A stretch of DNA of 64,000 bases. Origin: Escherichia coli (GTDB taxonomy: Bacteria; Pseudomonadota; Gammaproteobacteria; Enterobacterales; Enterobacteriaceae). Positions 52,403-60,158 of this stretch are shown in pieces. Position numbers and translations under genes: made by a program. The stretch lies in the NCBI RefSeq assembly GCF_048403405.1, contig NZ_CP183129.1; one strand, given 5' to 3'. Position 1 is the stretch's first letter; every line of letters starts with the position of its first letter. The notes beneath the pieces were generated by a model, which was given only the letters and a program-made list of their open reading frames with translations, was not told the DNA's origin and searched no databases.

Positions 52403-52405
52403 TAA

Positions 52406-53113
52406 CTATATATACTTCCTTTTTACTCTACTTAATTCTATCACTGATGAGGAGTGACAAAATGACAAATTAATAGTATCGATATAATCCAAAATTTGAC
52501 TCTCAACCTCAATAAAAATATTTTTGGGCCCATTACTAATCGATATACCGATTTCATCCAAAACAGCCATCATTTTTCTCTGATGAGTTTTATATTTATA
52601 GTCTTTATTTTCCTCTGTAATATGTGCATTGGCTTCCTCAATAACACATTTGATTCTAGATATTATTTCTAGATAATCTCTCGAAACAGATATATCACCG
52701 CCTTGCGCTTCAGGGAACATAACCCTATACCATCTAAAAAAATTAACTTTCTCTGGATAGATGCTACTTCTTTTAGTTAACTCAGCACTTGCAAATTCTC
52801 TAAACATCGTCAGATGACTAGTGTAATTACTATTATTATTATTTTTAACTCCAGCGTTATATGTCATCAAAGCAATCATAACACCAAAAACGGTAACAAA
52901 AGTTGTTATAAGCCATCCAAACGCCTGAAAATACATTACTATACCAGATGTTTTTTCCGCAAAAAATTTTAAGCACTGGCTATCGAAGCATATATCACGC
53001 TCATATAGCTTTTCATTCTGAATAGTTTCAAAAAGAGAAATTAGCGAAAAAATCAAAAAAAGAGCTGACGACACACCGACAATATATTTGAGAAGTCTAA
53101 TATTTGCATTCAT
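52406..53113 (-). CDS. Two-transmembrane protein translationally coupled to the RT (candidate effector)
   Basis: 235-aa ORF. TM1 is YIVGVSSALFLIFSLISLF and TM2 is IVMYFQAFGWLITTFVTVFGVMIALMTY, followed by a soluble C-terminal ~150 aa. The ATG overlaps the RT stop (ATGA at 53110..53113). AT-rich. Confidence 0.7.
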   Translation of the reverse strand: MNANIRLLKYIVGVSSALFLIFSLISLFETIQNEKLYERDICFDSQCLKFFAEKTSGIVMYFQAFGWLITTFVTVFGVMIALMTYNAGVKNNNNSNYTSHLTMFREFASAELTKRSSIYPEKVNFFRWYRVMFPEAQGGDISVSRDYLEIISRIKCVIEEANAHITEENKDYKYKTHQRKMMAVLDEIGISISNGPKNIFIEVESQILDYIDTINLSFCHSSSVIELSRVKRKYI

Positions 53114-54300
53114 AATGGTTTTAAAGATGCCAATCTAGATTTAAAACACTCCAGTTTTTCTTTAAATGATTCAGAGCGAGTAAGAATAATCATCTTATAT
53201 CTCGTCAAATCATATTTTCTTTTATACCAATGTTTATTTTGATTACCTTTCGAATACGACAACTCTAAACTTTTTATAGCTGCATCAATCACAGCAACAT
53301 CTCTTTTAGATGGCATCGGTTTTATTGCCTGCAACTGTTTCTTGAATGATTCATATTTTTCATGCCCAACACGGCCAAGCTTATTCACTCTCCCCATACA
53401 TCTATTGAATTCTTTTCTGTATGCAACACTTGTTTTTGTGTTATTTTTTGCCGCCAGTAATTTCAAATTATGTATAGATGCCCTGATTCTTTTGACTTCA
53501 TCGGATGGTAGTCGAGGTGAGTCATAGTCAACTCTTAAACCATGTACTTTTATAGGTTCAGATGAACAGTGAAATATTTTTGTTTTGTGCTTATTTATCG
53601 GCAAGTCATGCTCAGAAAGCATCCTCTCTATATGGCTTTGCATTTGAGAAAAATCATAATTACTTATTTTAGATGACACGGTAATATCATCTACCAAACG
53701 CGTATAAACAAGTCCTTTCCTCTGCGCACGTCTTACCACATCCCCTTCAACAGCGAATAAACACAAAGTTGCTATATAGCTTGATGTTAAGGCCCCCTGT
53801 ACGACAAAATCATCCTTAGTACATATATCCACCAAGTATTCAAGAGCCTCATCCTTAATATGCAATATCTCCTCAAACACGCTCCTAACCAGATCTCTAT
53901 GGATATTATCGAAAAAATTACTTATATCCACCTTGAGAACTGTTTTTGCTCCACAATGAGCCTTTGCACATGAAACATAGTCACGTTTGACATTAGAATT
54001 TAAAACATCATTTTTACTGGGAACTGAACCAAACAAAAATGAAGGAAAAACAACCAATTCCTTAAAAATACGTTTATTAATTCTACTCTGTAATAATCTC
54101 ATTTTAGGATGTAGGGAGTAGACAATCCGTTTGCTTCCGTCAATTTTGGGAATTTCTTTTAGAGTATATTTCTCATCTAATGATAATTCTGCAATAGCTT
54201 TAAGCTCTTCAACAGAAATCGATAAAGCCTTTGACAACTTTTCAAGTGTTGTGATAGGAGCATTGGATTTGCTGTATGGTTTAAATTTATCCATAAACAT
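53110..54300 (-). CDS. Retron-like reverse transcriptase
   Basis: RT motifs read from the ORF: KIDGSKRIVYSLHP (motif 1), LLQSRINKRI (2), VLKVDISNFFDNI (A), QGALTSSYIATLCL (B), YTRLVDDITVSS (C, YxDD-type), INKHKTKIF (D/E) and VHGLRV (a retron VTG-like position). The N-terminal LEKLSKALSISVEELKAIA segment is as in retron RTs. The start is ambiguous: ATG 54300 or 54294 is favoured, with ATG 54336 or TTG 54384 possible. Confidence 0.8.
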   Translation of the reverse strand: MFMDKFKPYSKSNAPITTLEKLSKALSISVEELKAIAELSLDEKYTLKEIPKIDGSKRIVYSLHPKMRLLQSRINKRIFKELVVFPSFLFGSVPSKNDVLNSNVKRDYVSCAKAHCGAKTVLKVDISNFFDNIHRDLVRSVFEEILHIKDEALEYLVDICTKDDFVVQGALTSSYIATLCLFAVEGDVVRRAQRKGLVYTRLVDDITVSSKISNYDFSQMQSHIERMLSEHDLPINKHKTKIFHCSSEPIKVHGLRVDYDSPRLPSDEVKRIRASIHNLKLLAAKNNTKTSVAYRKEFNRCMGRVNKLGRVGHEKYESFKKQLQAIKPMPSKRDVAVIDAAIKSLELSYSKGNQNKHWYKRKYDLTRYKMIILTRSESFKEKLECFKSRLASLKPL

Positions 54301-54552
54301 ACCATTCAAATTCAAAGTTACGTACGGTCTTCCCATACTCAAGGGTGGAACAGCAGAGATGCTTACATCAACAATTGTCAGCAACAGCCTCTGCTATCTT
54401 TCGACCGTACGTAATGTCGTCGGCTACGGCACCATCGTAGTTGACGACGGTGGGGCCTCGCTGATAGGTCCATAGTGGACGCTTTTTTGTAAAAGCAAAA
54501 ACTGACAATTTAATGTTGTTGACTGCCGCATACCAAGCGAATCGCTGGTGCG
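54301..54552 (-). ncRNA. Candidate structured non-coding leader (possible retron msr-msd) upstream of the RT
   Basis: About 250 nt lie between a predicted promoter and the RT ATG, with no credible ORF and dense inverted repeats. These are a 12-bp perfect IR 54318..54329/54403..54414, a compound hairpin 54416..54448 (GTCGTC-AA-CTACG-loop-CGTAG-CC-GACGAC), a 9-bp IR 54373..54381/54502..54510 and a 7-bp IR 54352..54358/54389..54395. I could not assign a1/a2 or the branching G uniquely. Confidence 0.35.
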
Positions 54553-54558
54553 CTAAGA

Positions 54559-54587
54559 ATAATGCAACAAAAAAATAAGAATTTCAA
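54559..54587 (-). promoter_or_regulatory. Candidate sigma-70 promoter for the RT leader
   Basis: The minus strand reads TTGAAA (54587..54582), a 17-nt spacer, then CATTAT (54564..54559). The predicted start is near 54552, within ...TCTTAGCGCACC. Confidence 0.35.
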
Positions 54588-54625
54588 CCGGGTAACTGCA
54601 AGCCAGCGACATCGTTTAGCGCGCA

Positions 54626-54644
54626 GTGCTTTCCCCGCCTCGCC
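54626..54644 (-). other. cos cohesive-end sequence (P2-type 19-mer)
   Basis: The plus strand gtgctttccccgcctcgcc is the exact reverse complement of GGCGAGGCGGGGAAAGCAC, the P2 cohesive end as I remember it. It sits in a GC-rich block (about 54590..54780) with repeats ccgg[a/c]acatgcaa at 54720..54732 and 54735..54747. Confidence 0.8.
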
Positions 54645-54805
54645 CGCCCGCTTCGTGGGGCGGTTTTAATGCAGGTGCAATACCGCTTTTGAGCCACGCC
54701 CGTCCTGGCGGACGCACGGCCGGAACATGCAACTCCGGCACATGCAAAACCATGCACATATTGCACGCAGAAAGATAAATGCCAAAATACCTAAATCAAC
54801 TTCCA

Positions 54806-56644
54806 TTAATCAGCCAGATAAGGTTCAACTTTATCTTCCCATACACTAAATAAAGGCAAACAAGTTAAATAAAAGATAAAGACACAGGCAAAAACTGAAG
54901 TTGGTTGATAACAATGATTTACAGTATACCTGCCATGAGCCATCGTGTGTCTAATTGCAGCACCACCTTTCATATTGAACAATAAATCCATAGTCAATAC
55001 ATGATCACTATCAAAAACACCTTCCATTTCACTCCTATAATTTGCAAGCATTTGAGATAGGCTAGTAGCCTCCTCAAAAAGCGACACATCTATTTTCGTT
55101 GTTTCTTTTCTTCTTAATTCTAAAATCCATCTAATTGAATTCTCCAATTGCGGCAATAACAAATAACAGGCAGACACATAATCTCCCTGCCAAAGCTTAT
55201 AAAACCCCAAAGAAAATATTTCTGCATACCCAGGTGGAACAAATGCACTTTGTTGTGAGATTGGGTCAAATGTATTTTCATTTAATGAATACCTAGCCAA
55301 CACACTTTGCCTAACGACTTCAAACTCACCACAAACATAGACCTGATGCTCAATGTTACTAGTTCTTAAATAATTTGCACAAGCATCATTTAAACTTATA
55401 TCCCCCGCAGGATCCAAAGGTGAACGACTTGCTACAACGCGCCCTCTATCATCATAAACAACCGTTTCACTCATATTAAGAAAAAAATGTTTTTTAGCAT
55501 CGGAACGAGCTCTTTCCATAATTTCACTGGCACTTACAATCTTAAATCTAGCAATTAAAGTTTTAATTACCCTTGAGAAATCCAATTGATTATAAACATG
55601 CTCTTTCTGAGCGATAACATCACTAAGATCCATTGGTATTGCAAAGAAGTGCATTTCATCATTGATTTGATCTCGAATAGAATTCAATTCCTCTCTAATC
55701 TTTTTAATTTCTTCATTCATTCCACCAATTGCTCTAAATTCGCCAAGAGCAACTCTTAACCAATGAGCCTTCAATATTGAAGATGAAGACTGTTCAAATT
55801 GAGCCAATGTTATTTCTGACGCTTTAATTCTGCACCGTCTTCCTTGCTCTTCCATATCGTTTTTAACATATAATTCAGACGCAAAATAAAACAATTTTTT
55901 CACTGCATCAAAATAAGACGCTCCACAATGCTCATCAGCTATCTTTTCTGCATTCTCAGCCAATTGCAAGGGACACAATAAATTATTCTTATAAAGAATT
56001 TCAGAAACTCTTAATACACCGGTGAATATACCAGAGTCTATTAATACATGATATAACCTTAATGTCGAATCAACTATCCCCCCTTGTAGTTGTTTTTTCC
56101 TGCCAATAAGCATGCGCGATATTGCGATACCTCTATCCAAGCAGTCAACAACATCAAAAATATGGATATCACCTGACTCTTGTTTTTCTATTAAAGTATC
56201 GCAAGCATCATTAACCATTAGAGAATATGACTCTATTGCTTTATTGGCAGAGTCTATATCCTTACGGTTATTTATCCATAAAACATCACACACCCTAGAT
56301 ATAATATAAGGATTATCGGAGTTTTCTTTAATACAAGTTAATATTGTTGAAAAACTCTCCTTATAATCTGAAGGCCTATAGCCCCTCTCAGGATAGAGAA
56401 TGATTTTTGGCTCAAAACCGATAATATCACCAGACCTAGAAAATTTAAAATTAAACAACGCACGTAATAAATAGCAAAGCCGCCAAGAACTTACATCGTT
56501 TTTTAGCTTGTAAGATGACAACAACTGAACAAAATAAGACTCCATATCAAAATGAGAATAACTTCTTGGCGATGATAATATACTGGCGTATTCACTTTTT
56601 TTAAAATCATCAACTGAAATAGAAAAAACATCAAACTCGCTCAT
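54806..56644 (-). CDS. 612-aa cargo protein of unknown function with C-terminal R-x4-H (HEPN-like) motif; candidate anti-phage/abortive-infection effector
   Basis: Uninterrupted AT-rich ORF with a strong SD (AAGGTGAGGA immediately upstream of ATG 56644). It is largely helical by composition. I could not find a P-loop, so it is not Old-like. The C-terminus reads YLLLPQLENSIRWILELRR...GGAAIRHTMAHGRY. It occupies the tin/old position between A and cos. Confidence 0.55.
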   Translation of the reverse strand: MSEFDVFSISVDDFKKSEYASILSSPRSYSHFDMESYFVQLLSSYKLKNDVSSWRLCYLLRALFNFKFSRSGDIIGFEPKIILYPERGYRPSDYKESFSTILTCIKENSDNPYIISRVCDVLWINNRKDIDSANKAIESYSLMVNDACDTLIEKQESGDIHIFDVVDCLDRGIAISRMLIGRKKQLQGGIVDSTLRLYHVLIDSGIFTGVLRVSEILYKNNLLCPLQLAENAEKIADEHCGASYFDAVKKLFYFASELYVKNDMEEQGRRCRIKASEITLAQFEQSSSSILKAHWLRVALGEFRAIGGMNEEIKKIREELNSIRDQINDEMHFFAIPMDLSDVIAQKEHVYNQLDFSRVIKTLIARFKIVSASEIMERARSDAKKHFFLNMSETVVYDDRGRVVASRSPLDPAGDISLNDACANYLRTSNIEHQVYVCGEFEVVRQSVLARYSLNENTFDPISQQSAFVPPGYAEIFSLGFYKLWQGDYVSACYLLLPQLENSIRWILELRRKETTKIDVSLFEEATSLSQMLANYRSEMEGVFDSDHVLTMDLLFNMKGGAAIRHTMAHGRYTVNHCYQPTSVFACVFIFYLTCLPLFSVWEDKVEPYLAD

Positions 56645-56798
56645 TCCTCACCTTTAAAGCACTTAACAAACAATCATGGTAAACAATACCAAACTGCAAG
56701 CAACGATTAAATACAGAAAACTCTTTCTGTCGAGATTTTTCAATAACACTAAATATATACAGTACGAAATTATCTAATATTGCGTGAATTTTTGCCAT
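56631..56798 (-). CDS. 55-aa hypothetical protein coupled to A and to the 612-aa gene
   Basis: ORF 56631..56834 was trimmed to ATG 56798 (MAKIHAILDNFVLYIFSVIEKSRQKEF...). This ATG overlaps the A stop (TAATG). Its 3' end overlaps the 612-aa ORF start by 14 nt. It is AT-rich. Coding status is unproven. Confidence 0.4.
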   Translation of the reverse strand: MAKIHAILDNFVLYIFSVIEKSRQKEFSVFNRCLQFGIVYHDCLLSALKVRNERV

Positions 56799-59083
56799 TA
56801 TGTCCACTCCATTACTGTTGAGAATCCCGGCCACTCATCAATGACCGGATACGTGAATTTTTTCCCGCCATAATTTATGGTCGCTCCCCGAGCCAGCGCC
56901 TCAAGCTCCCATCGCTGTGGCCTGATACCGTTCTGAGCAAGGTCAACGCGGATACGGGTAATTTGCATTCGTTCCGACCGGGTCAGTCTGGCCGATGGCG
57001 CTATTTCATGCGGTTTTAACGGGCTTCCGTTTCTTTGCTGACGGTTTGGTCTTCTCAGACCGTGTTTTAATGCACCTCTGAGCGCCCTCACGACCTCCTG
57101 GTCATTCCATTCGATAACACCGTCATCTACCAGATTAAGCACTGCTACGGCGTGTTCAGAAGGCGTGGGAGCCGGTGACGAAGTATCACCACCGGTGAGC
57201 TTTCCACAGTTATTGACAGGACTCCGAGGCGCGGCGATGCCGCTTTTTAAAGTCAACGGCTCAACGACCGGAACTTTCGGCACAATGCGCCAGTCCGTCG
57301 TTCTGGTGATATGAATATGACGCGTGCCGAGATGCGGCGCGTAAATGCCGACCACTCTCTCGACTTCTTCCTCGTACTCGTTAACGTCATCCGACGGGCT
57401 ACGGGCGACCCTGACAGTCTGACAATCGCGCGGGACATTTGCCCCGCCCTGCGCGCTGATATACAACGCAAAATCACCACTGTCTGCGGCGGCGCGTGCA
57501 GCCTCGACGCGTTCGTCAAACTCATCAGCAATGCTGACGCCGCGAGGCAATTTGCGTAGTTCACGGTAAGCCCCCATTGTCGGCAGGCCAACCGTTTTAA
57601 ATTGCGGGATACGCCACGTTGACGCCCATGCGGTAACAGCCGCTGCAGTGTCTTTCAGCGGCCTGCCGGTATCGTTATCGAGCTGACCATCCAGTGCATA
57701 GCCGTCGATATTTTTTGAGATGTATTTCGCGATATATCCCGCAGCACCGCCCCGGTTAAGGTGTTTCGCCTGAAAACGGTTTCGCGCGGCTCCTCTTTCG
57801 TCGCCATCCTCTTTGAGCGCATAGCGACGCATGATTTCGATAATCTGGTTACGCTGGCGTGGATTACAAAAAAGCATCATATGCCAGTGCGGCGTTCCGT
57901 CGTGGTGTGGCTCGACGACTCGCAAACCGTAGACCTGTAAATCATTATCCTTGAATGCCGTGCGCATCAGGCTCCAGATACGGCAGAGATAACGCTGCGC
58001 ATCCTTCGGATTAAATGCCTCATCATTCCAGCCGTGATTAAGCTGCACGGTTTTACTTTCTCCTTTTCCGACCTGACGTGTCGGGTGATACTTTGACGGC
58101 GCGGTCAGCGTGATAAACATCCCCACATCACCCTCTGCGGCGGCGTAACGCTCAATACCGGCGATGGTGTTCATCAGCTCCATCCGGCGAATTTCAGGAT
58201 TAGAAATACTGCCCATCACCTTACTGATAAGGTCGATGCGCTCGCCGGTTTCCCTGTTTTCGAGGTCACACGATTTAAGAAATTCCAGATTTGCCTGGCG
58301 GCGTGCACGCACATCACGAATGGCGTGTTTACTGGCATAAGGAGAACGATCTTTATTGACCTCCCCGACAGCAATCAGTAACGCCTCATGCCAGCGCATA
58401 CGCTGGCCTTTAAGCTGATGAGTCCACCACTCATCGTTAAACAGGCGGGCAATGGCAGAATATGCCTGCCTCGTGGTCATCTGTCCTTTACGGTATTTTT
58501 TCCAGTAGAGCGGGGAAATATTGAAAGCACGTGCAGCGCCAGCAACATGACTATACAGGTGAGCCTGCGCCTCATCCGTAAACAGCGATTCTTTTTCGCC
58601 ATGCGCATCCACCCAGGCATCGCTGAGTTCCTCATACATCATGAAAAGCTGCGATGAGATACGGGCGGCAAACTTTTTCAGCTCCTTGTCATTCATTCCA
58701 GGCAGGCGCGCATAGTGGTCACGCTCTGCCAGAAACAGCAACGACGCGTCGGTGTTCATTTCATGGCGCTGATTCACGCGCTCAATGCGCGGCCATAAAC
58801 GACGCTGAAAAGTGGATGTGAGGAAATAAAACCCGTGTACCGGGCTTTTATTGCGCCGGATGTAGTCATAGCGTGAAGTAAACAGCGAGCGCAAAAAGTA
58901 AGGCAGGCGGTTAATCGTGGATAAAACCCCTTGCACCTGACGCATCTCGTCACGTGTAAGGGGTCTTTCGCGCCCGACGGCCTCGCGTGGCGCGTTCCAT
59001 GCATAAGCACCGGTAAACGTCTTACCGGTGCCTGCGGCAAATGCTGACGGAGGGACAAAACGCCCGGAGGCTTTAACGGCCAT
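56798..59083 (-). CDS. A: Replication initiation endonuclease gpA (rolling-circle, HUH-type)
   Basis: ORF 56798..59125 was trimmed to MAVKASGRFVPPSAFAAGTGKTFTGAYAWNAPREAVGRERPL (761 aa). It contains VEPHHDGTPHWHMMLF (HUH-like) and YIAKYISKNIDGY (catalytic Tyr pair). It matches P2 A closely as I recall it. Confidence 0.93.
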   Translation of the reverse strand: MAVKASGRFVPPSAFAAGTGKTFTGAYAWNAPREAVGRERPLTRDEMRQVQGVLSTINRLPYFLRSLFTSRYDYIRRNKSPVHGFYFLTSTFQRRLWPRIERVNQRHEMNTDASLLFLAERDHYARLPGMNDKELKKFAARISSQLFMMYEELSDAWVDAHGEKESLFTDEAQAHLYSHVAGAARAFNISPLYWKKYRKGQMTTRQAYSAIARLFNDEWWTHQLKGQRMRWHEALLIAVGEVNKDRSPYASKHAIRDVRARRQANLEFLKSCDLENRETGERIDLISKVMGSISNPEIRRMELMNTIAGIERYAAAEGDVGMFITLTAPSKYHPTRQVGKGESKTVQLNHGWNDEAFNPKDAQRYLCRIWSLMRTAFKDNDLQVYGLRVVEPHHDGTPHWHMMLFCNPRQRNQIIEIMRRYALKEDGDERGAARNRFQAKHLNRGGAAGYIAKYISKNIDGYALDGQLDNDTGRPLKDTAAAVTAWASTWRIPQFKTVGLPTMGAYRELRKLPRGVSIADEFDERVEAARAAADSGDFALYISAQGGANVPRDCQTVRVARSPSDDVNEYEEEVERVVGIYAPHLGTRHIHITRTTDWRIVPKVPVVEPLTLKSGIAAPRSPVNNCGKLTGGDTSSPAPTPSEHAVAVLNLVDDGVIEWNDQEVVRALRGALKHGLRRPNRQQRNGSPLKPHEIAPSARLTRSERMQITRIRVDLAQNGIRPQRWELEALARGATINYGGKKFTYPVIDEWPGFSTVMEWT

Positions 59084-59348
59084 ATGAGCCAAAAGCCTCT
59101 GAACAACGCTTGCTGAGTTGCTCAACCTGCGCGTTTAAATCAGCAAAAGACTTTGCGCTTCCGGTCAGAATATCGTGATGCATCAGGCCGGAAACGAGCT
59201 GGCTTAATTTCGGGTAATAACCAACCACCGCCAGCCATTCCTGACCGGCGTTTTTACCGCTTTCCGCTCTCTTTTTCTCGTGGAGAATAAACTGAAAGCT
59301 GTCACTGGTAACGACATAACGTTCGCCAATTTCAATACGAATGCTCAT
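59073..59348 (-). CDS. P2 orf83-like early protein
   Basis: 91-aa ORF MSIRIEIGERYVVTSDSFQFILHEKKRAESGKNAGQEWLAVVGYYPKLSQ... Position immediately upstream of A. Confidence 0.8.
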   Translation of the reverse strand: MSIRIEIGERYVVTSDSFQFILHEKKRAESGKNAGQEWLAVVGYYPKLSQLVSGLMHHDILTGSAKSFADLNAQVEQLSKRCSEAFGSYGR

Positions 59349-59569
59349 GCCATTCTCCGGTAATGTTTGTTTTTTGCTTCAAAGACTGACTGACAGGAAA
59401 CACAACGCGTGGCTGACGGATAAGCCGCACGACGGGCAGCAGGTATTGGCGCGTCACACTCTTCGCAAACCAGCGCAGAAGCACCGCAATGTTTTACCCT
59501 TGCCGCGTTAATCTGGCGCTCCAGTAATTCAGCCTGTTGTTCCTGAATAAAATCTACGTTGTCCGGCAT
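59345..59569 (-). CDS. P2 orf82-like TraR/DksA-family C4 zinc-finger protein
   Basis: 74-aa ORF with CEECDAPIPAARR...RCVSCQ. Confidence 0.8.
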   Translation of the reverse strand: MPDNVDFIQEQQAELLERQINAARVKHCGASALVCEECDAPIPAARRAAYPSATRCVSCQSVFEAKNKHYRRMA

Positions 59570-59571
59570 TA

Positions 59572-59874
59572 TCAGCTCCTTTTATCGTTAAGTTTCCTGG
59601 ATACATCAGCGCAATAACTGGCAAGTTCTGTCGTTAATTTTGTCAGTTCATCCACTGAGGAAATTTGCTTGTGGAATACAGCGCGTTTAACAAGTAAATT
59701 GACCACATCAGACAGGAGGTTTAATTCATTCTGATAAATCGCGATAACAGATTCAGTGATGTCGCGTTTTTCTTTATCAAGACAAAGTTGAATAAGAGAC
59801 AAATCGCCATTTTTCATAACGGCGATTTTTAAGGCGTTATTCAGTAATACAACTGAATGAGAACAGGACATCAA
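59572..59874 (-). CDS. P2 orf81-position early protein, function unknown
   Basis: 100-aa ORF in the early operon. Its start overlaps the upstream gene's stop by 4 nt. Confidence 0.7.
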   Translation of the reverse strand: MMSCSHSVVLLNNALKIAVMKNGDLSLIQLCLDKEKRDITESVIAIYQNELNLLSDVVNLLVKRAVFHKQISSVDELTKLTTELASYCADVSRKLNDKRS

Positions 59875-60095
59875 AGTACCTCCCCGCGAGACAATCCGAT
59901 ATTGTGAAATTTTTCCGACTCCTGACTGAGCAGCTCGACTATCTCCACGCGGGATAACTCCGCCTTTGTGATATGGCGAATCATGGCGTCAAGATGAGAA
60001 GAAAAGCGCGTCGCAGCGTCGGCCTGTGCTTCGGTTCTGGCCTGTTGCAGCAGTAATGCGTATTTACCGCACTGATTTTCAGAAACTGTATGCAT
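59871..60095 (-). CDS. P2 orf80-position early protein, function unknown
   Basis: 74-aa ORF downstream of B in the early operon. Confidence 0.7.
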   Translation of the reverse strand: MHTVSENQCGKYALLLQQARTEAQADAATRFSSHLDAMIRHITKAELSRVEIVELLSQESEKFHNIGLSRGEVL

Positions 60096-60158
60096 GACTT
60101 TCTCCAGGCAAAAAGAAGCCCCGCACGATTAAGTGCGTTAAAAACTCTGGTTAATTAC

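Noticed and set aside
54590-54780. GC-rich, hairpin-rich block first suspected to be the retron msr-msd
   Set aside because: It contains the exact P2-type 19-nt cohesive end (54626..54644) and cos-flanking repeats, so it is the phage packaging site. The ncRNA candidate, if real, must lie between cos and the RT start (54301..54552).
54806-56644. Possibility that the 612-aa protein is the P2 Old exonuclease (same locus, similar size)
   Set aside because: I could not find a Walker A/P-loop (GxxxxGK[ST]) or Toprim-like acidic motifs anywhere in the sequence, and the N-terminus does not resemble Old as I recall it.
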